From Marsupella aquatica (Eukaryota > Plantae > Marchantiophyta): a DNA stretch of 64,000 nt. The notes under the pieces were generated by a model, which had not been told where the DNA came from, did no database searches, and saw only the letters and a list, made by a program, of their open reading frames with translations. Of this stretch, positions 12,726-26,085 are shown one piece after another. Position 1 is the stretch's first letter. The number at the start of each line of letters is the position of its first letter. The stretch spans positions 11,732,830 through 11,796,829 of the forward strand of contig OZ316896.1 in NCBI GenBank assembly GCA_973895155.1. Reading direction: 5' to 3'. The translations under genes were made by a program, and so were the position numbers.

Positions 12726-14285
12726 GGCTGACAACCAATTGTGCAAAGACCACCAATGGTGCAAAGAATAAAAAACAACGACGATCCTTTTGTCCTCTAA
12801 TCAAAGACATCTGGCCCCAAGACTATTCCCTCCGCCAGCTGCATAAGATCGAAAATAAGATCTAGTGTGAAAAACTATGAGTAAATGAGAGCAAGACTAT
12901 TTCCTCCACCAACATAATAGATTGGGAATAAGATCATCATGATGAACGATGAGGAAACGACAGAGAGTGCAGTAACTTGTAGTTGCCAACAACCAGCACC
13001 CACACTAGTCGGTGAAGAACAGTCAAGAAATTGTCAAACTAAAAGTCTACAAGTCGGTGAAAACAGCCATGAAGGTTTGGTGAGGACTGAGGAGGTCCAA
13101 AAATGGGATGCAGCATTGGTCCCCGGGTTGGTCCACAGCCATGGGTCACCAAGTCCGATGTTGGTGGCGGGGACAAGTCTGATGTCGGTAGGCAGTACAG
13201 GTCCGGTGTTGGTGACGATTGATGTAGTAGGCTGGACTGGAAATTGCCAAAGTAGGTAGAGGCAAAATCAATAAAGGCTCCCAAATCTATACATTTCAGC
13301 GATGTAGCGGAAGAGATGTGAGCAAAGTGCTTCTTCAGGCAGATTTCCTACCTTCCCATTTTCCTGTCAGCGATGCTAATGTGGGAAGTGAGACAAAGCG
13401 TTCTTGAAGGTGCTTACTCAAGGGCCTTACTCTATGCGTGCAAACTATTGCGTCAAGTTCCTACTTGCTCTCGACGCGGCTCTGCATCCTGTCCGGTAGT
13501 TTGAATTGTTGCATGCGCGCCCCACTAGTTGATGTACTCAGGTGCTTGCTCAGTCTGGCTCTCTACACGCCAGGAGTTTGAAACTGCACAACACATGAAT
13601 GTGTGAACTCGGTCAGTGCTTTCCACGGCAAAGCAATGTGATGAGTACGCACAGGTTGGATGCAACCTGGGTTTTATGATGGTACTCTTCACTCTTGTGC
13701 CTGCTTTGATGATGTGTATTACTCCTCATGTTCCCGCTCTCTTCTCCCATGCTATATTGCAGCATGACAGCCTATTCATAGTAAAATGAAAAAATTGCAT
13801 TATTTTTATAGTAAGGCGTCTCCAACTTGCTTCTCCATATTAATTCCAGATGCAGGAAATTTACATTCACAGTCCTGACTGGGGCCTTGACTGGGGCCTT
13901 GTCATATCGTCATTTATTAGATAAAAAGTATCAATTCCCTCTATGATATTATCTAGCTTGTTGGGCCCATAAGTATTGGCATTGAAGATTGAATTGGGTT
14001 GCAAATACAATTTTTTGTGGGTCTTGCTTACTTTCCCACCCCGTTTCCCACTTACTTTACAGTTTAGCATAGTGTCATCCCCAACGCTATTTGTTTTGTT
14101 CTAGTTCTTGTTATTTGCTGGCAATGAACATCCGCTCTTTGATCTGACCTGGCCCTTAAATATGTTTAAAATGTTTTGTGGGATGTTTTGTTGGGTAGGA
14201 TCTAAGAATGAGGGTATTGTTTTTTTTGCAGAAAAATGTTACCTAATTGTAAGTAGTAAGGATGGAGAATAAGATGAAGTAGAAG

Positions 14286-16300
14286 ATGAAGCATCTACCA
14301 AATGACTCCACCTTTGGTACTTTTTTTGGTCCAAAAGAACGTGTTGTGGTAAGGAGAGTAGAAAAAGAATTGCACATGCATGAGTTCATGGATCAGTTTA
14401 ATCCCAAGGTTAACCGTTCGCATGAAGATGGTCCGGTTTATGGTCAGCAAGAGGGCAAGCTTCAACAAATTTTGTCAAGAAACTCAAAACGAAAGTTTGA
14501 GCAAGACATCAAGAAACCGTTCCAGCCAAGGAAAAAAACAAGGAAGAGAATAGAGCAAGAGCAGGGGATAGAGGAGTGATTTCAAAGACTAAAGATGGGA
14601 GCAAGGGTATGTGTAGCACAACTTTACCAAGAACAGTGACAAAGATTATTAATTTGTATGAAAATTATGATTTGGGATGTACATATGGACTTCATGTTTG
14701 GGATGGGGATTTCCCTCTATGCAAATATTTTATGCAGAATTTATGCCTGATTGTATGTAAAACAAATATTGTATGTTAGTGTTATTGACTCGATGATTGA
14801 TTGCAGGGAATGTCATACTCCCAACCACACTCCGGGCCACACTCAACAAATCCAATAACTTGAACTTAAGAGACTGTGAACTATATTTTTATGATGTTAT
14901 CAAAATAGTGGGATTTGACTACTTTAATCTACAAATATTCCTTAAATGGGTAGTATCTGAAGTGTTTCTATTTAATTATGGTTTGCAAACTTATGATGAC
15001 ACATGTGAAACAATATGCCGAAATAAATTTTTTTCAGGATATAGATATCTAAAGAAAGCTAAGAGATGGAAAATACTCTATAATATTGAGATATGGACAT
15101 TGTTATCCTCTATGTTGGAAACACGATATGCATTGGACTTGCTACCTAGAGGAATGAAAGAAAGTATTACAAAATTAAGAAAAGATCAACATAATTTTTT
15201 TGAATCTCAAAAGCATCATTTGATACTTTCTTAATACCACGGTTGCAAAAAGATGGAGGTATTAAAATGTTTGGGAGACAGAATGAAAAAAATTGTAAGT
15301 CCTATGATCGGACATATTTGATATCAAGTGACCTTAAAAAACCACTTCAACAAAATAAGAGAAAAATTAAAAATAGATGTCCATCTATATTATGGACACC
15401 TATTCCTGAGAACTTTTATGTTATGCATCATTCTACAAAAATGGAGTTATGGATTGAAAGAGAACCTTGGGTGACAAAACAAGAAAAGGTTTATATTGGA
15501 GGACGTGTAAAGGGAGCATTAGACCTCAAAGCAAGACCAATTGTAAGGGATTGTATTGAAGATCAATTTAATTTTAAGAATCCTGTTATTCGCATGGATA
15601 AAAGAAGTAGTTTAAAACTAAATATGAGAGCAGTGGGACCATTAATCAATCGTGTAGAAAACAAGGTGGAGAATATAACCTATTATAGAAATATGAAAAA
15701 CTTTCAAATGGATCACCATTTTGCAGATCTAGCTTAGAAGAATTGCATGAAAGAACTTCTCATCGTTTACTTTTTGAAGTTTTGCTTGTTTTATTTGGAA
15801 GACATTTTTCTCCTATCTTGGATCATTTTATTTCTTTGAATGAACCTTTTCTAAGACTAGAGAAAAAATTTAGAGCTTGTTTCAATAACACTAAAGCCTT
15901 TGAAAGAGGAGTACCAGGATACCCTATGTTTTTAAGTAAAAATTATTGCAACACTGTGCACCAAGATGCTGATACATCAATTTGGACAATGGCATATGTC
16001 TCTAATTTGACAAGAAATTGTAAAGGAGGATATTTCACTATTATGGACTATGGTATTCAAATGCCACTTCTTGATGGGGATGCATTTTTCTTTAGAGCAA
16101 GGGATAGACATGGGACTTCATTAAGAAGCTTGACAATAGATCCAGTATATGTGGTTGTCTTGGCATTAAATCAAAAGTTGGGAAGAGCATTTGCACATGC
16201 TAAGAGAGCCAAACTTTCAAGTCAAGGATTATGTAAAATTTTATCAAATGGGATGGCTTCCAAATCTCATCCCAAATACATTGATTGGGACATTGATTAA
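14286..16300 (+). pseudogene. TET/JBP-like Fe(II)-dependent dioxygenase gene, frameshifted
   Basis: The last ORF has MFLSKNYCNTV-HQD-ADTS...GGYFTIMDYGIQMPLLDGDAFFFRARDR-HGT (HxD...H double-stranded beta-helix). ORFs 14797/15243/15743 lie in three different frames and can be joined by two frameshifts. Probable intron ~14667-14807. Confidence 0.7.
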
Positions 16301-16369
16301 GCAAATTGATTGAGCTTGCATTTTGGATGTGATCCATTGTTGTGCTTTATATTAATCATTGTAGAGTGG

Positions 16370-16840
16370 TAGCTCAGGTAATTAAGTTACAATTTTTTGT
16401 TATGAAAAAACTTGATTATCGTTGACCGTAGCAAAGGCAAGTATCTTTTAAGAACTGCAGTTTGTAACGCAATATGGTAACTTGAGTTTTCTTATTACAA
16501 ATGAATGGAACTTGAACCTGTGCTTGAATGGCTTAGTGAAGTAACTTGTTGGCAAACAAGTTATGGTTAAGTATCTTTAGAGAATTGCAAGTTATAATGC
16601 AATTATATGGTAAGTTGTGTCATGTCTTAATAGCTCAGGTAAGTTGCAATTTTTTGTTATGAAAAAACTTGATTATTGTTGACCGTAGCAAAGGCAAGTA
16701 TCTTTTAAGAACTGCAGTTTGTAACGCAATATGGTAACTTGAGTTTTCTTATTACAAATGAATGGAACTTGAACCTGTGCTTGAATGGCTTAGTGCAGTA
16801 ACTTGTAGGCAAACAAGTTATGGTTAAGTTGTGTCATGTC
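16370..16840. repeat. Tandem duplication, ~255-bp unit x2
   Basis: agctcaggta...aattttttgttatgaaaaaacttgatta...gcaaacaagttatggttaag occurs at ~16371 and ~16632. Confidence 0.85.
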
Positions 16841-17523
16841 TATCATATTCCCCATTAAATAGTTACAACTTGTTTTATTTTAAGTTTCAAGTGAGAGTGG
16901 GAGGGAGAGTGGAGCCAGATGGTGAGTACGTTCAAACTCTTGTCAAACCTCTTGGGGACATGGAGGGCTTGTGCACCCCTTTAATTTGATGCCCTCTTAC
17001 TAGTGCATGATTAATGATACATTAATTAACCTAAGCCCAACTACAAAGTTTCTCCTTGAGTTCCTAGCACTCTTTTTTGCTGTTTTCATTGAACTAAGCT
17101 ACAATGCTCAAGGGTCAAAAGGTCATACCGGCCCATGTACCAGTTAGGATTATGGACCTTGGATACTCCCTCTAATTGTCAGTTCTCATCTCATTATGTG
17201 ACCTTGGATACTCCCTCTTATTGTCAGTCCTCACCTCAAGTACATTCACTTTGGCTGACAGACACCAAAGTGTTCACATACATTTTGCTATAATTGTGCT
17301 TATGCATGGGGTGATGTGTAACCTAGTTGAAATTCAAATGTTCAAGTGGGAGAAGCCAACCTGGACGTTCGATCTATGATTGTACAATGTTCCTCCTATC
17401 CTGCAAGGTGCTGGAAGTTGGACCTACAACCTACGTGCATTGAAGGTGTGAGCTGTAGGCGGGGCTGCAGGAAAACTTCCGCAGTGTACGGCTGAAGACA
17501 TTGTGCCAAGTTTTGTGGATCAA

Positions 17524-17765
17524 CAAATGTTCGAGCATGGACAAATGTTCGAGCATGGCCAACTGGTTGAAGCTGAGTTTTAGTGAGCTAGAGATGTGAG
17601 CTACTAGCTACCTTTGACCCAAATGTTCAAGCATAGGAGTCGGCCCGGATCAAGGCTTGGATTGGAGCGGCGATTGGAGCGGAAGTGAGCTGGTCTGCAA
17701 CTAAGAGCCGGGTGCATGCGATTGGAGCCAAAGTGAGCTGGTCTGCAACTAAGAGCGGGTGCATG
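17524..17765. repeat. Short direct repeats
   Basis: caaatgttcgagcatgg x2 plus a variant; gcgattggagc...gtgagctggtctgcaactaagagc x2. Confidence 0.7.
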
Positions 17766-20526
17766 TGACTGGACCTGGTCATGACTTCATGTACTGGCTA
17801 GTCTTCAGAATGTTTTGCCCCTGGTTTCACCTCTACAATCGGCTAAGAAACCTTCGGCCCCGAGCCCCATGTCTTAGCAGTCTAGAGTAGATACATTTCC
17901 GGGTACATTTCTCTTCGTGTGGACTCTTTAATCATCTCACCCTATTCGCATTGGCCTTGTCTTCTAGCGTGAAGTACCTCTATCTGATCCGCCTCACCTT
18001 GTCACATAGTTGCATTCTTATTAAAACGTCTTCACGTGACGAGTGAACCATAGCATTAGTAGGGATAGGCAAATTAAGTAGGCGATGATTCTTGAGTTGC
18101 GACTATTCTAGGTGATATTTTCAGGCTTGCATTCTTTTAGCGCCATCCGTCCAATGTGGGATGTTATTGCCAGCTTTTTAGGCTTGCATTCCCGCTTGCA
18201 TTAAGTGGTGGTGTTTGTTTTCCTCACATCCAATAAACATTGTCGTGTTGTACAGGTTGGTGGACTTTACAGTAGTGGGATCTAGCATCAAGGGAGTGCT
18301 ACAGACGGTGCTGTAGATCGAGTGATCTGAAGGTCCAGCTGATCAAGGTGGTTTTTGAGTTCTCTGTCACATTCTTACGCATTTACATGCAGATTGATTT
18401 CCCATATAGAATCCGGTCTACAATCTATGCCGATCATTACACAATTTGATGTTCAGCTAGTGATATGCGACTACATTGTCTTTCTAGTGGCACACAAGGT
18501 CCCTACAAAACAACAAATTCTCTGGTAGCATACCACAGCATACCATAGCGTGCAGCTTCTCAATCGCGTCAACAACCCTACTGCCAACTTTAAGTTCTTG
18601 TAAGTGCATGTTGAAGAATACTATCAATCTGTCATAGTAGTATCCCACTGCATTATTCAGAGAGTACAGGAATTGCTCAAAAACATTATGTGGCCTTTCA
18701 GAAATTCTTTGATTTATTGATTCATTGAATGATTTGCCTTAGGCAAGAAGGCATGCAGGACGGGATGCAGGAGTTTGTTGGGGGTTGCTGGTGACCAGGC
18801 CACGGAGGAGAAGAGCTGAACAAAGAGGAGAGATGTAGACCAAGAATCAGCTAGGGAAGAGCGCTTGGCATCTACAGAGGAGGAGGAGAGGGTTTCTTTG
18901 TAAGCAAACAAAGGACACCCTGCCTTCGGTGCGTCAGTGATTTGCACAAGGAGATCAAGGGCTTTTCTTTGTTGGAGTCAAGTTGGATCGCAACCGTCTG
19001 GATAAACCAAAGGCAGAAAAGGCTTGTAGGTGATTGTTCTATATATCCATTTATTGAGGATTGACAAGCCTTATGATGCCATTGAAATGATAGAAAGGCT
19101 CCATGCAGATTCTCAGACAAGTTAGATTGTCTACTAGCTAGTCTGTCTAGTATTTTGCATCGGTAGATTTTGAGTCTTGCCGTCCTATATGTGCATCAAG
19201 TGTGTTGTGGGATACTAGGTACCCCATGTAGATTTTTCTCTTGCCCTGTGAACTCTTTAGCCGTGGTATATATCCTGTTGATATCCTGTAAGATTCTCTT
19301 TGTTGATGGATTTGTAGGTCTTGAAGTTTATTGCAGATAAGAATAGTTACTATCAATGAATGCCACCCCTGTTCGAGTTATTGTTGGCACTTTTATACTT
19401 CAGGTATGTTTTCTAATTGCTTGTTATCTCTGTTTTGTCCATTGCTAGCTTTTACACTGCCAAGAAAGTCCAGGAATTTAGTTGTTGCTTTGTGCATCTC
19501 CATTCACTCATTGTTGTTTGTCTACAGCAGGCTTATCATGGTCGAGTTCCAATGTGGATCTAGTTTTCGTTCAAGCAGTCATTGCAAATACACAAGTATG
19601 TGACGAATCATTGCTGCTTATTCGTGCTTGTTGTCTCTTGTACTATTGATTCTTGCTTGTTGTCTTTTTTATCAATCTGCTCACAAACAGGGCTTTGTGT
19701 GTTTGCTCAGGTAAGCATTTCATTATGTTTTGTGAATTATGCTTTGTCTTTTTGCTGTAGATATAGGATTGTTTGCAGGGTACATCAAATCCAAGGAGAC
19801 CACTGGGGAAGTAATGCCCTCAGTGGAGCTTGCCAGATTTCATCCCTGGCAATCTAGCGCTCCTTGGAGGCGAAGCAGGTGCAGGTAGCCTGGAAGTGGG
19901 GGGGTAAGGATTGCTTAGAGCCTAGCCATAGGGTTTGGGTTGTCCAAGGGATGTCGCTATTCAAGCAAGGTCCAGCCTCTCTGAGCGAGTCTGTGAGTAA
20001 ATAAATTCCAAACAACCCATTGCACATGTCAAGGAGAGAGATTGGAGTGATGGGCCTGGCCCCGACTACACATGGACCAAGCACAGACTAGGACAAGCTC
20101 AACTAGGACAAGCTTAAATGGCCATGTGTAGATCTCATACTCTCTTGTGCTTACGCTGAAACCAGAGTCCTTGCATGCAAAGGGTACGTCCCTTCCCACC
20201 CGAAAGGAGAAAGCTGCAATGGATCTTAGACAAGCCAATTACCATGAGAAATGGCCGGGATGGGGCAAGGCCCTTGTGGAATTGGTCTGGTGGATGCGGT
20301 CTTGACATGTGGGTTTCCTTAGGCTGCTTGAAGGAGGCCAAAAATTCAAAAATGCCCATGCTATTGTCATTGAATGGGTCCTTACAAAGTAACCCATAAC
20401 TCTTTGAGGTGTTCCAATTGTGTCCATTTTGATTGTGGTGTTTTTCTCTTGTCTTGTTCTATGTTTGCAGGCCTATGCCCTTAGCATATGTCAATTGGAT
20501 AGGGAATTAAATGTGGGACTCAGAGG

Positions 20527-23500
20527 ATGCCGCCTGCCACTGTTTTTCAAGCAGACTCAGAGTCAGGGGAACGTAAACCCTTGACATCTTATAGCTACAA
20601 GATTGGTGAAACCTTTTATGATGCTAGAAAGAACTTGGAGTCAGGTTTTGACTTTGAGTTCCATTTCATGGACATCAACCTTGCTTGTAGAATGTTGGAC
20701 AAATTTGAGAGGTACAATCTAGTAGAGGATTGTGGTGGAAAGATTGTCATTATCCCAAAATACCCCAACAATTTTGTCCAAGGAGATGTGCAGAATGGGT
20801 CACAACAAGTTCTTGGAAGCAGCCATGCGTCCAATAGACCTGGTAGCACATCTAGTGGAGACCAAGTTGGTACTCCTACAATAGATGAACCCTCTAACCA
20901 GCCTGCAGATGGATCTCCATCCCAAGAGACCCAGCCTGTGAGTGCCCCATCCGGGGCCCCATCCCAAGAGAACCAGCCTACAGGTGGACCCTCATCCCAG
21001 GAGGTTGAGCCTCAAATCAGCCTAAAGTCTGAATTGATGTCTCAGGACCTCAAGATAGCATGGGAAACTTCTGTGACAAAGTTGAGAGAGTGGATGACTT
21101 TTCTTAAGTGTGTGGACCACAAATGGAAAGTCAGAACCTGGGACAAGGATGGTGTGCCTCGTGGGCATATTGAGTGTTGCGAGTGTGACTACAGATATCA
21201 AGCAGTTGCATGTAGCAATGTGAAGGGTGTGGATAAAACTATGGTCAATAATGTGTTTACAAACTTCAGAGTGAAACACTTGCCATCCAAAAAGCATGCT
21301 CGACGTGTAGCATCTAACAGGGGTGAGAAAGTGGATCACAGAGAGATTTCTCAGAGAGCTAAAGCTAGTACTCTGGATGATAGAGCCATACTTGATCAAC
21401 ATGTCAAGATTGTGGAGAAGATCAACTCAGCTCAGATTGTTGGTGGGATTGTTGGGCAAGACACATTTACAGTAGTAGGTGATGTGGACAAAGAGCCTAT
21501 AGAGTTGGCCAAGTTCAAGCTTCGTTGTGAGTTTTGTGCTGAAAACCTGACATTGATTCCAAAACAACGCAATCTAGAGTCCAATTTGGAAGCCCATGTG
21601 GGAGGTTTGAGTCATCTCAATTATGTCACAAGAAGTCAAAGGCCTGCTAGGGGCAACCCAGTGCATAGTGGTCGGCCTGGAAGACCTCGTGCGCCAGATG
21701 GAAGAGATGTCATTTGACAACAAAAAATAGTTGGGTTCTTAACTCGCCCCTCAAGTGGAGGAGCTTCCAATTCTAGTTCAAAAGACAAAGGTATACTTGA
21801 CAATCTCTCTTTACTATGTTGGGGTCTATGGCGTGATGTGGTGAAATATGGTTCAGATACCAGGCCTATCAAGGAGATCTTAAATGACCAGCTTAAATTA
21901 GATGGCAACTGGTATGCAGAGCCCATAGTGAGGGCAGAGGTGTGGTGTTTGATAACTCAGGAAAGTTGTGTGATCTCTGGTTTATTTCGACACAAAGATT
22001 GTAGACGAATATCAGAACTTGGTGGTGGGTTTATAGACTTGACCTGCTCGCAGTGTTTTAGCATAAAAATAGAGCAGGATTTTCGACTCAGGGTTTACAA
22101 GGAGTACAAAGCTCTTGAGAAAAGAGGTTCTAGAACAACTGGGAAAGGTAGGCGCTTAGATTACTTGACTATTCCAGAGGTCCAGTATCAGGCTAAAAGT
22201 TACAGGAACCAAGTTTTGAGAGAGCGAAAATTGCAAAGAATCTTAAGTCACAAGTTGCTCATGGCAAAGGCTCTAGTCCCCAATATTAGTGAAGCGTGTC
22301 TTCACTATGAGGAACCAAACAAAGCAATTGTGTTGAAATTTTGTCACTCAATAATATTGGCACACAAACGAGGTGCCTTTGGTGGGAGAGGAGCTCTATG
22401 GGATATGTTGTCTGACATAGCACAAAACATCAATAGGGAAAAGACAGGATATCGATTTAAGCCGGGAACCAAGCTCCTTTGTCAAACACTATTTTTACAT
22501 GGTGGAAGGCGAGTTGTTGATTGTCTTGCAACCAATGGAATTGGTCCTACCATCAACACCCTTCAACGGGACCGAAGAGGCATGGCAGTGTTTCGTGCTG
22601 GAATTCATGCAGAGCAATTTCAGTTTGTTGCGGAAATATTTTCCAAACTGAAAGCTCGATTAAATATACAAGGACCCATTCCATGCTTTTTGGCAGAGGA
22701 TGAGACTTGTGTGAAGAGGACTGTGAGGTGGCTACTCATTTCCTCCTCTTGCTCTGGTTATTCTTTTTGTTCAAGATTGTTTTGTGGTACACACAAAAAT
22801 TGAACACAACTAATGAAGAGCCCACCTGCTATTGATTGCAGATGGTTGCCCAAACATGACACCCTTCTTGGATTTTGTGGGACAAAAATTGACCATGAGT
22901 GTAGTGTTGGCTTGGAGATCCTGGTGGGGGAAGGAGAAGTTGGCTTCAACAACATTGCAGATGCCTTTGACAATTATGTTGTAGCGCACCAGGCAAGATG
23001 TTTGACAGTAAATGCCCTTGTTGTTGGGTTTCCTCGATTATGCATCATGGGGATTGGCACATGTAACAAGTTTGATGCTCCATGGGTCAGGCGACAATGG
23101 AATAGCCTAGCGTCACTGTGGACTACACATTGCCTAGAGTCAGTGGGACCCTTATTGGGTCATGCTAGCGATGGGGATGCACGGAGGAGAAAGCTTATGT
23201 TGGAAGACTACTCTGGAAGTGGGATACCGGGGCCAAGGCAGGACCTGAGGTGGGAAGCTTGGAAATTGACCCACTCTATGACCACTGTTGGACCATTGAT
23301 CCATGCATATGGGTTGCATGATCAAGACTTTATTCATAATGGGAAGAAGCTAGTGAACCCATTGGATTCCACTTCTCGTATTTTGAAATTAGGAGCAGAA
23401 ATGGCGAACCTCAGTCACATCATAACCTGTTACAAATTGTACCTGAATAGTGATCATGGCTTGAATGAAGAGGACAAGTCAAGGAAAGATAGGCAAAATT

Positions 23501-25254
23501 GGGCTAGTGCACAACGACTATGTAGCCGCAAAGTACAGTCCTCCTTACGGATGCTTCGTCAACGTGGTGATGCAAGAGTTGAACAGACTCTTGGAACAGA
23601 AGTTTACACTAGGATATGTGCAGACTACATTGACATATTTCTGAACACTAGTCTGAGTTTGCGACAGAGGATTGTCCATTGTGGGAAGGTTGGGTTCTTC
23701 TTTAGACTATGGCGTCAATGGTGCTTTCATGGAAACCATTCAGTGGGAGGGAATACACAACCAATCAGTTTCACAAAAAATTGCATTCCCATGCAAAGCT
23801 TCCTTGACATTCAGATGTCAGTTCATTTTGTGGTCCTATTGGTAATCCAATTTAGGGACAATTTTTGACATCTTCCAGTGCCATTGCATTTGACTGGGTC
23901 AGATGTTTGTGAGCAGTTTTTTTCTGCTGTAGGAGGTATGAATGGTCATGAACGAAGTTATGACTTGGCTGAGTTAGTAGAATGTGCTACCAATCAAAAT
24001 CGATTGGCTGCAATGGATCTGGCTGAAGGAATGATGGGTGCAGGGAAGAGCCACGAAAAACATGAAAACATTTGGATGAAGCTCACTACAATCCCGATAG
24101 GGATTCCTATTGTAGCAGATCAAATAGACTATGCAGGGATTGAAACAAATGAAGAAATAGTGATTGCTCTACAAGAAGGTTTCCAACTTGCCCAAAATAC
24201 GTGCACTGAGTTACAGATGAACCCTTCCACATCTTGCAGAGACAAGGTGTGGTGGAATTCCCCATGGAAGATGGAAGCTAAAGGGGTCAAGTTTGGTAGT
24301 TGGTGTGATGTGAATGTTGATACATTAGTAGATGGAGGGCGGGATGTGGAGAAATCTGAGGAAGGTCAAACAACCTCTCATGAGCGTGCATCCTTATTGG
24401 CTCAAACAGAAGTTGCAGAAGAGGACTCTGAGTCTCCTATCCCAATAGAACAACTTTTGATATATGCAGACCCAGATGTAGAGGGAGTTGCTGCTCAAAT
24501 GGAGGCCACCATGGGGATCATGCATTCTGACTTGATATATGGAGCAGCAAAACAGGATGTGAAGCCAACAGTAGAATACCGAAATCGATAAATTTACAAA
24601 AGTACTTTGGTCAGCCAGTTGACCCTCAACCCTCTCCTCAGTAAAGACAGATTAACTCAGATAAAGCAAAATCACTACTTCAATAATTTAGTGGACAAAC
24701 CTAATGTTAGAGCAAGTGCTGAAACAATGTTTGTTACAGTAGGTTCCAACTGTGGAGTACTATTCCTAGATGATACATACAGTGCTCCTGAAACTAGAAG
24801 TTCAGAAGCAATTTCACGAACAGTGAGAGGAAAAGGACGAGGAAAGAGAGGTGGCAGTAGACCAGACGATTCTCTTCCAAATCCGAAGAGACCAAAAGGT
24901 GCAGCTGTGGTAATGTCTTCAAGTACGACACCAAAATATATGTGGTGGATAGGCAGAATTCAATCTATACACAAAAAATATGGTGGGAAAATGGACAGAG
25001 CAAGAAGTGATTTGGATTTGCTTGATAGGCCTGGTGGTGAGGAGGCATGTAAAATTATGTTCCAATGGTTTTCTCGGATTGGAACTAGTAGGCATAAATT
25101 TGCCTACAATGTGTGTGATCCACAATTCATCGATTTGGACTGTGTTATATCAACAGTACACTTGACAGTGGATCCACTATGTCCAGGAATTTTTCAATTG
25201 CATCCAGATGATGCAGTTGCTCTTGATAATTTTGCCAAAAACAAAATTCAATAA
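20527..25254 (+). pseudogene. P-element-like DDE transposase (~1540 codons; N-terminal Zn-finger-like motifs; intron ~22728-22841; three in-frame stops)
   Basis: All five ORFs are in one frame. Motifs: LAEDET (D1), GHASDGD (D2), DFIHNGKK (DxxHxxK), DRQNWASAQRL, GSDVCEQFFS (E). CxxC...HxxxxxH motifs in the N-terminus. Confidence 0.8.
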
Positions 25255-26085
25255 TCTTATACAATAGGGTAAGCAACTTTCAATGTTATTGTATGTACCT
25301 TTCAAGTATGTGATTACTATGAAAGGCTTTGAATATGATTTTGATATTGTCTCTTATATTGTAATCAATTGTTTGATTGCAGAGATGACAAGAAAATTAC
25401 CCACCATGTCTAAGTAATAATTACAGCCAAAGAAAATCTGATGGTACTATTTCCATATTTCTGAGTAATGATTTCCTTGTGTTATGAGTATTGTCTAAAA
25501 TCAACTATTAATCTATGGTTTCATGCATCAGGTTCAAAAGAAACTGCCAAGAACTTTACTGAACATTTGGTGCAAAGGGTTGAAGGCGTGCCCTATTTAT
25601 CTCAGGCCCAATCTCAGGATAAATTATTTTAGCATTAGTATACAATCATGCCATTATTCCTCCTGACCAGGGTAGTAGAGCATAATCTTCCCTTTGTTAG
25701 ATCCTTCTAGTGTTAATTTAGTTCACTTTTATGAGGTCTATAAGCAACCAAAGATACTATTATTTGGTCTAATTTTATTGACCTATATAAAAGTATACCT
25801 GAACATAGTGGATCCACTCTCAAGTGTCCAGGTATAAATACCATCTATGTTTTTGAATTGTTTACATGTTATATGACATTCATAATTTTAAAAAGTCAAG
25901 GGTGTTTTCTATTACTCAAAAAACTCTTTTATAAGTTACAAAAGGGTCAAATTTAACAGTGAAAATTAATATTTTTATACTAACAAGAGATATTTTAATG
26001 ACAATAAAAATATTAAGAAGGGGTACAAGGGGGGGTTCTGTTCTCAGGGGGGTTCACTTAATATGCTAAGAGTGAGGGCCCAGGG

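Larger units (their letters stand above)
7219..26085 (+). mobile_element. 18.9-kb TIR DNA transposon, P-superfamily-like, inserted in the CACTA transposase
   Basis: TIRs CCCTGGGCCCTCAGTATTAG and (rev-comp) CCCTGGGCCCTCACTCTTAG. 7-bp TSD CATTGTG at 7212-7218 and 26086-26092. Excision restores the codons for VEAQWPE. Internal P-like transposase. Confidence 0.9.

Noticed and set aside
17176-20427. Separate gene from short ORFs upstream of the P-like transposase
   Set aside because: Splice-like signals exist but no coherent protein; probably 5' UTR exons/introns or decayed cargo.
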